Part shown: piece after piece, positions 59,101 to 64,000 of the stretch
Numbering within the stretch: the stretch's first letter is position 1
Layout: every line of letters begins with the position of its first letter
Origin: Narcine bancroftii
Lineage: Eukaryota
Assembly (NCBI RefSeq): GCF_036971445.1
Contig: NC_091474.1
Coordinates: 184,512,001 to 184,576,000, forward strand
Length of the DNA stretch: 64,000 bases
Direction: 5' to 3'
Program-made: the position numbers and the translations under genes
The notes under the pieces: model-generated
What the model saw: only the letters and a program-made list of their open reading frames with translations
Told to the model about the DNA's origin: nothing
The model's database searches: none

Positions 59101-60950
59101 GTTTATTCTTTTTCTTAAATCCTTAAATTCCTGTGTTTGCCATTCTTTAAATGACTCCATGTATCCTTTAATAAGAGAAAGTATATCCTTTATCTTGCCT
59201 TTCTTTTCTTCTTCTATTTCACTGTACTCTTCCTCTTCCTCTTCTTCTTCCTCTGGGTTGGCCATCTGTTGTTTCTTTGGTGCCCTTTCCTCCTCTTCTT
59301 TCTTGTTTCTATTGTCTTCTGTGGTCTCTTCTTGCTGCAGGTGTTCTGCAGCTGTCGTAGCTGGCTGTGGAGATCGACTCCCCAGCTGGTCCCCCCTCCC
59401 GTCGGTGTGTTTTTTTCATTCGCATCGCGCATGCGCGGTTGCGCACTTTTACTCGGCTCTGCGAGCCATTTTTGTAGTCCATTATTTACCGACCTGAGGG
59501 AGCGGGTTTCTCTCTCCGCAGCGGGCCTCTTCGGATAGGTAAGGCCTTCACCTTTTTCCTCCTTTGTCTTCTCTTCCTCTCTTCTTACCGTTGCTTTCGA
59601 TTTTTCTTTTTTTGTCGCCATCTTCTTTCCACCTTTATACTCACTTTTCTGTAACTTTTATTTCTGTGCCTTTGTGTTTTCCTTTGTTTTTCCCGACTTT
59701 TCTGGAGAGGGCTGGAGTTCACCGTCCGGCCACTACTCCATCACGTGACTCCTCCCGCTCAGATGCTTTCAACGCTGCCACCTGAACTGCAATTTAAAGG
59801 GACGTTTCTGCTTCTTCAGGCGCATTCTTAGTGGAGAATGCACCTGAAAAACTCCCATTCTCTAAAGGAAAGGTTATCTATTGTGAAAGGGATTAGTTGA
59901 TTTTGCGTCAATAATAATTTTGGTAGTTGGTGATTTGTTTTTTTCCTTTCTACTTGAATCTTCTTCCAAATGTCGAGCAGATGGTGCAGTACTGGTGAAC
60001 TTCTATGTTGCACCAGTTTTTTATCCCACTTATAAAGTGTTTGTTTTGGTACCTTCTCCCCTATTTTATCTAGCTCTAACCTGGTCCAATCTGGTTTTTC
60101 CCTTGTTTGATTAAAAATCTGATAGATATCTTAATTGTGCTGTTCTATAATGATACTTAAAGTTTGGTAGCTGTAAGCCCCCTTGTTTGTACCATTCTGT
60201 GGTATCCTTGTTTTCCCCCCCTTTCCATAAGAATTTCCTTATTATTTTCTTTAGCTCATTGAAGAATTTCTCTGTTAAGGGAATTGATAACGATTGAAAT
60301 AGGTATTGTATCCTTGGGAAGATATTCATTTTAATGCAATTTACCCTTCCCATCAGTGTTAGTGGTAAATCTTTCCAATGTTCTAAGTCATCTTGTAATT
60401 TCTTCATTAATGGTTGATAATTTAATTTGTATAGATGGCCTAGATTATTATCTAGTCTAATACCTAGGTATTGGATTGCTTGTGTTTGCCATTTAAATGG
60501 TGATTCTTTCTTAAACTTTGTGAAATCTGCATTATTCATTGGCATCGCTTCACTTTTATTTGCGTTGATCTTGTACCCCGATATTTCTTCAATTTCTTAT
60601 GTAATTCCTTTATTGATAATTCTGGTTCTGTTAAGTATACTATGATGTCATCTGCAAAGAGACTGATTTTCTATTCCTTCTCTTTTATTTTTCTCCTTTT
60701 TATTTTATTTTCTGTTCTTGTCAGTTCTGCCAAGGGTCCTATAGCTAAAGCCAACAGTGAGGGAGATGGTGGACATCCCTGCCTAGTTGAGCTGCTTAAT
60801 TTAAATTGGTTCAATTATATATCCATTTACTGTCACCTTTGCCAATGGTCCCTTATATAATGCTTTAATCCAATTAATATATTTCTCTGGTAGGTTGTAC
60901 CTCTGTAGTACTTTGAATAAATAATTCCTTTCTACCCTGTCAAAGGCTTT
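56195..60950 (-). mobile_element. 5'-truncated L1-type LINE (ORF2 RT to 3' end), split by a nested L1
   Basis: ORF2 pieces SLFADDI, IQYLGI..GRVNCIKMNIFPRIQYLFQ..GGLQLPNF and CFRCKKE..HAIWAC; poly-T at 56197; diverged TSD CTCAATGCTGACATTTCT / CTCAATACTGGTATTTCT. Confidence 0.9.
57334..59851 (-). mobile_element. Nested L1 derivative: 5' UTR, ORF1, ORF2 almost wholly deleted, 3' UTR and poly-A
   Basis: TSD CTCCCATTCTCT 57322-57333 / 59852-59863; ORF1 (coiled coil plus ENHNRRNNIKIVGL..IERAHR..IYPD) at 58409-59265 with one frameshift near 58930. Confidence 0.9.
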
Positions 60951-61707
60951 CTCAATACTGGTATTTCTGATGACATCCAGATGCTAATGCTGAATGTACA
61001 AAAAAAGTACATTTTTAAAAGTTATTATAGAGAATGGGGTAGCATAAAATGAACATTTTCATCTGGATGAGGGCTAGTTTCAATGAGTTGAACCAATGTG
61101 GCACAACTCATTTGGAATTGAAGATTGGGAGGCAAAACAATAATAAAAACACAGTTAATATGGGTTCATTTTGGAGTGTAACACAAAAGGAAACTAATCA
61201 AGTCCAAAGTTTGAGTTCCCAAGATGACGAAATCTAGTAATATTAAAGTGGAACAGTGATTGTGGGCAGCACAGTTAAGGGGACATGTACTCTGTGGCCT
61301 TGTGCGAGTTGTCTGTCTTTTGCTAAAGATCATTAGCATTGTATAAGGGTAGCATTAGTAAGAATGACATGGTAGAAAGAGGGAGATGCTGCTGAAAAAT
61401 TGAGACCAAAAAACCAGACGAGGCCAAATTAAAAGCAGAACCATACAGATAACAATGCCTGGATTATGGACATTTGTTCAATAACATCTAGGCTCAAAGA
61501 TTGGTTTGAAGGAAATGGTTTTCATTTCCTGGGGGGGGGAAAAGGGGAAACTGTTTTGTTTGGACAGGCCTTGCTGGAATTAAACAAGCATCTCTCAAAT
61601 TTGGCTACAGATAGGCTTGTTGGGAGGAAGAGAGGGACAACTGTGGTAGATGGATTCATAGTAGGGGAATTTTAGGAAAACACTTATTCAGAGATTCAGG
61701 TTGCGTC

Positions 61708-61960
61708 CAGATTTATTGTCCGAGTACGTACACGACATCAATACAACCCTGAAATTCTTTTCCCTGCGGGTGCGGCAGAATTACCACTAACTGGTAGTGC
61801 AAAAACAAACTGCACACAGTGCATACATATGAACAGGCAATGAATGTAAACAAACTGCAATACAGAGAGAATTAAAAAAGGAAATAAAGTGCACAAGTAA
61901 GAGTCCTTAAATGAGGACCTTCATCTCTGATTGAGTTTGTCATTGAGGAATTTTGGAGGG
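61708..61960 (-). mobile_element. Rex1/Babar LINE 3' tail
   Basis: Reverse-complement match to 8210-8440. Confidence 0.7.
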
Positions 61961-62184
61961 GTAGAGAAATGGATAATTAAAACACTTATCTTTGAGTCTC
62001 AAAAATATTGATTCAGGGAATGAATTTGGTAGAGGATGGAATTGTGGCTCATGGAATTAGGTGATAGATGACAGTCACTTAAGTTGGAGGTTATGATCAG
62101 ATTTGTCAACATACACAGAACGTGATTTTTTTTAAATGCTAAACTCCAAATTGCAAAAACATTTAGCAACTCTGCATCTTTAAG

Positions 62185-62430
62185 GGTGGCATAGCGGTTA
62201 GCACAATGTTCTACAGCGTCAGTGATCGGGACCAGGGTTTGAATCCCACACTGTCTGTAAGGAGTTTGTACGTTCTCCCCGTGTTTGTGTGGGTTTTCCC
62301 CAGGGCTCTGGTTTCCTCCCACCATTCTAAACATACCGGGGCTGTAGGTTAATTGGGTGTAAATTGGGCGACACACACTCGTGCATCAAAATGGGTTATT
62401 ACCATGCTGTATGTCAAAATTTAATTTAAA
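62185..62430 (+). mobile_element. V-SINE copy
   Basis: A/B-box-like head (GGCATAGCGG..GGGTTTGAATCC) and shared core. Confidence 0.8.
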
Positions 62431-63199
62431 GTAAAGGGGCAACGTACCCAACTCGTAGATCTTTTTCAGGAAAGAGAGTAAATTGAATTGGTTTTAAAAA
62501 GGAGTTATTACTTAACTCTCATTAGCTGAGTGCTAACAATAGTGTGCTTTTCATTGGAATGGATGAGAGAAAAAACAGCCTGCTCAGCAAGTTGTCTGGA
62601 TGTATTTGCAAGCTAGTTAGTTTTTTTGTTTGTTTTCCAGAGTTTCATTAGCAAAAATACTCCCCCCCCCCCTTCCCCCCCCACCCCTCTCAAGCAAAAG
62701 AACATGTTGCTGGAGAAATTCAGTGGATCAAGCAGTGAAGGGAAACAGAGTCAGATCAAAATCTTTAAGGTCTTACGGAAGAATCTCAAGTTGAAAAGTC
62801 AGCTTTCTTGTTTTTCTCCACATAAGCTGTATGACCTGCTGAGTTCTTCTAGCAATTAACTTCTTGCCACACTCCAGATTCTGCCATCTTTAGTTTTCCT
62901 TCAGCTCGAATGCATTACTGTAGCAACAGTCTGCTAGGTAGTGCTTACTGGAGTGCCAGAATCAGTTTGTAGTCAAATCAGAACACGCATCTGAGTTAGG
63001 TAGTTTAATTCCCAAAGAACTTGAGGGGCTTGTATTAATGGAGATTATAGATAGCAATATAGTATACCTACTTGGCTGTTTTAGATTCTAATTTTCAGAT
63101 GCTGAGTGGGTAAAATCAATCATTAGGCAAAGCTTTCAATTTTTTTTCTTCTGGAGTTTATCTTCCTTTCAATTCTTGTATCGGTGAAGCATAATTTAA

Positions 63200-63790
63200 A
63201 CAGAAGAAAATCACTTGGTCCTTCAAGCCTTTTCTGTTGATTATACAACATTCTTGCATTCTCTTCATATCCCTCAAATGTTTTTTTGCCCACGGATATG
63301 TCTTTTTTTTTTAAAAAGTGTCACTGCATGGCCTCTACATACTTCCTGTGGTAGAGAATTCCACAGCTTCTTCACCTGCTGTTTGAAGCAGTTTCTTCTT
63401 ACCCAGTTTTAAATCTGGTCACCTGAGACATTCACTTCTCATTATAGACCCCCAAGTCAGGGCAAATGTCTTCCCCACATCCAGTTTGTCTAGGCCTGTC
63501 AATTAGATCCCCTCTCATTCTAATGTTTTATTAAATATAAATTGAGTCAACTTAATTTGTTGTTAGGTGCTAGACCTGCCATCCTTGGAATCAGTCTGGT
63601 GAACCTCTGCTGTAATCCCTCTATGGCAAGTGTGATCTTCCTTACATAATGATGCCAAAACTGCAGAGAGTATCTCAAGACTGATATGAACAATGCTTTG
63701 TGTAATTGTAGCAGGATATTCTTACTGCTGCTATATAGATCGTCATGAATTTGCTGTGTTAACTGCTTGCTGCACGCTTGAAATTTTCAA
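63200..63790 (-). mobile_element. Degenerate CR1 3' end
   Basis: TGTGGTAGAGAATTCCACAG..GATCCCCTCTCATTCT..AATCAGTCTGGTGAACCTCTGCTG pattern typical of reversed CR1 3' regions. Confidence 0.6.
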
Positions 63791-64000
63791 ATATAGTTTC
63801 TGATACAATGTTTTTTTTACAGCAAAAGTAAAGCTGTGACAAATTTTATTTTAAATTTCTATCTTGTCTTTTATGCATGTGATTGCCTTGTAAGCATTTA
63901 AAATGACCGAACATTTTTTTAACCCTGTTTTTGTGCTTTTATTAAAACAGTGATCCAATGAATGCACAGGTGGTATTGATGTGAATTATGATGTTTCATC

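Noticed and set aside
62185-62260. Additional tRNA genes in SINE heads
   Set aside because: No cloverleaf; they continue into the SINE core
63920-64000. Strong acceptor-like site (TTTTATTAAAACAG) as the next ncoa7 exon
   Set aside because: The phase-2 continuation hits a stop within 12 codons and does not resemble the expected Lys-rich NCOA7 sequence

Overview
Eukaryotic vertebrate DNA. The repeat content (V-SINEs, CR1, Rex-Babar, RTE, L1/Tx1-type and Penelope-like elements) suggests a cartilaginous fish, probably a batoid; this is inference. The window holds a complete, compact five-exon hey2 gene (+, CDS 15181-17666, 339 aa) with RBPJ/CSL sites in its promoter and intron 4, and a canonical tRNA-Glu(CTC) gene (-, 32258-32329). 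It also holds the 5' end of ncoa7: two candidate non-coding first exons and the ATG exon at 53885-53934, which is too short for the ORF track. The hey2 / tRNA-Glu / ncoa7 order matches my recollection of the human locus. The remainder is dense, often nested transposable-element sequence whose junctions can be read to the base. It includes a TSD-flanked, internally deleted RTE with an in-frame fusion ORF, a twin-primed RTE, an ORF1-only L1 with extra 5' sequence, a 3'-truncated L1 with TSDs, a deleted Gypsy element with unequal LTR tandem arrays, a solo LTR, hAT MITEs, and Penelope-associated minimal hammerhead motifs that share a variant core. I found no prokaryotic systems or CRISPR and cannot claim a wholly new biological system. 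The best leads are the candidate non-autonomous LINE derivatives, the variant hammerheads and the apparently ancient solitary tRNA at the hey2/ncoa7 boundary. No searches were run; repeat boundaries without TSDs are approximate.
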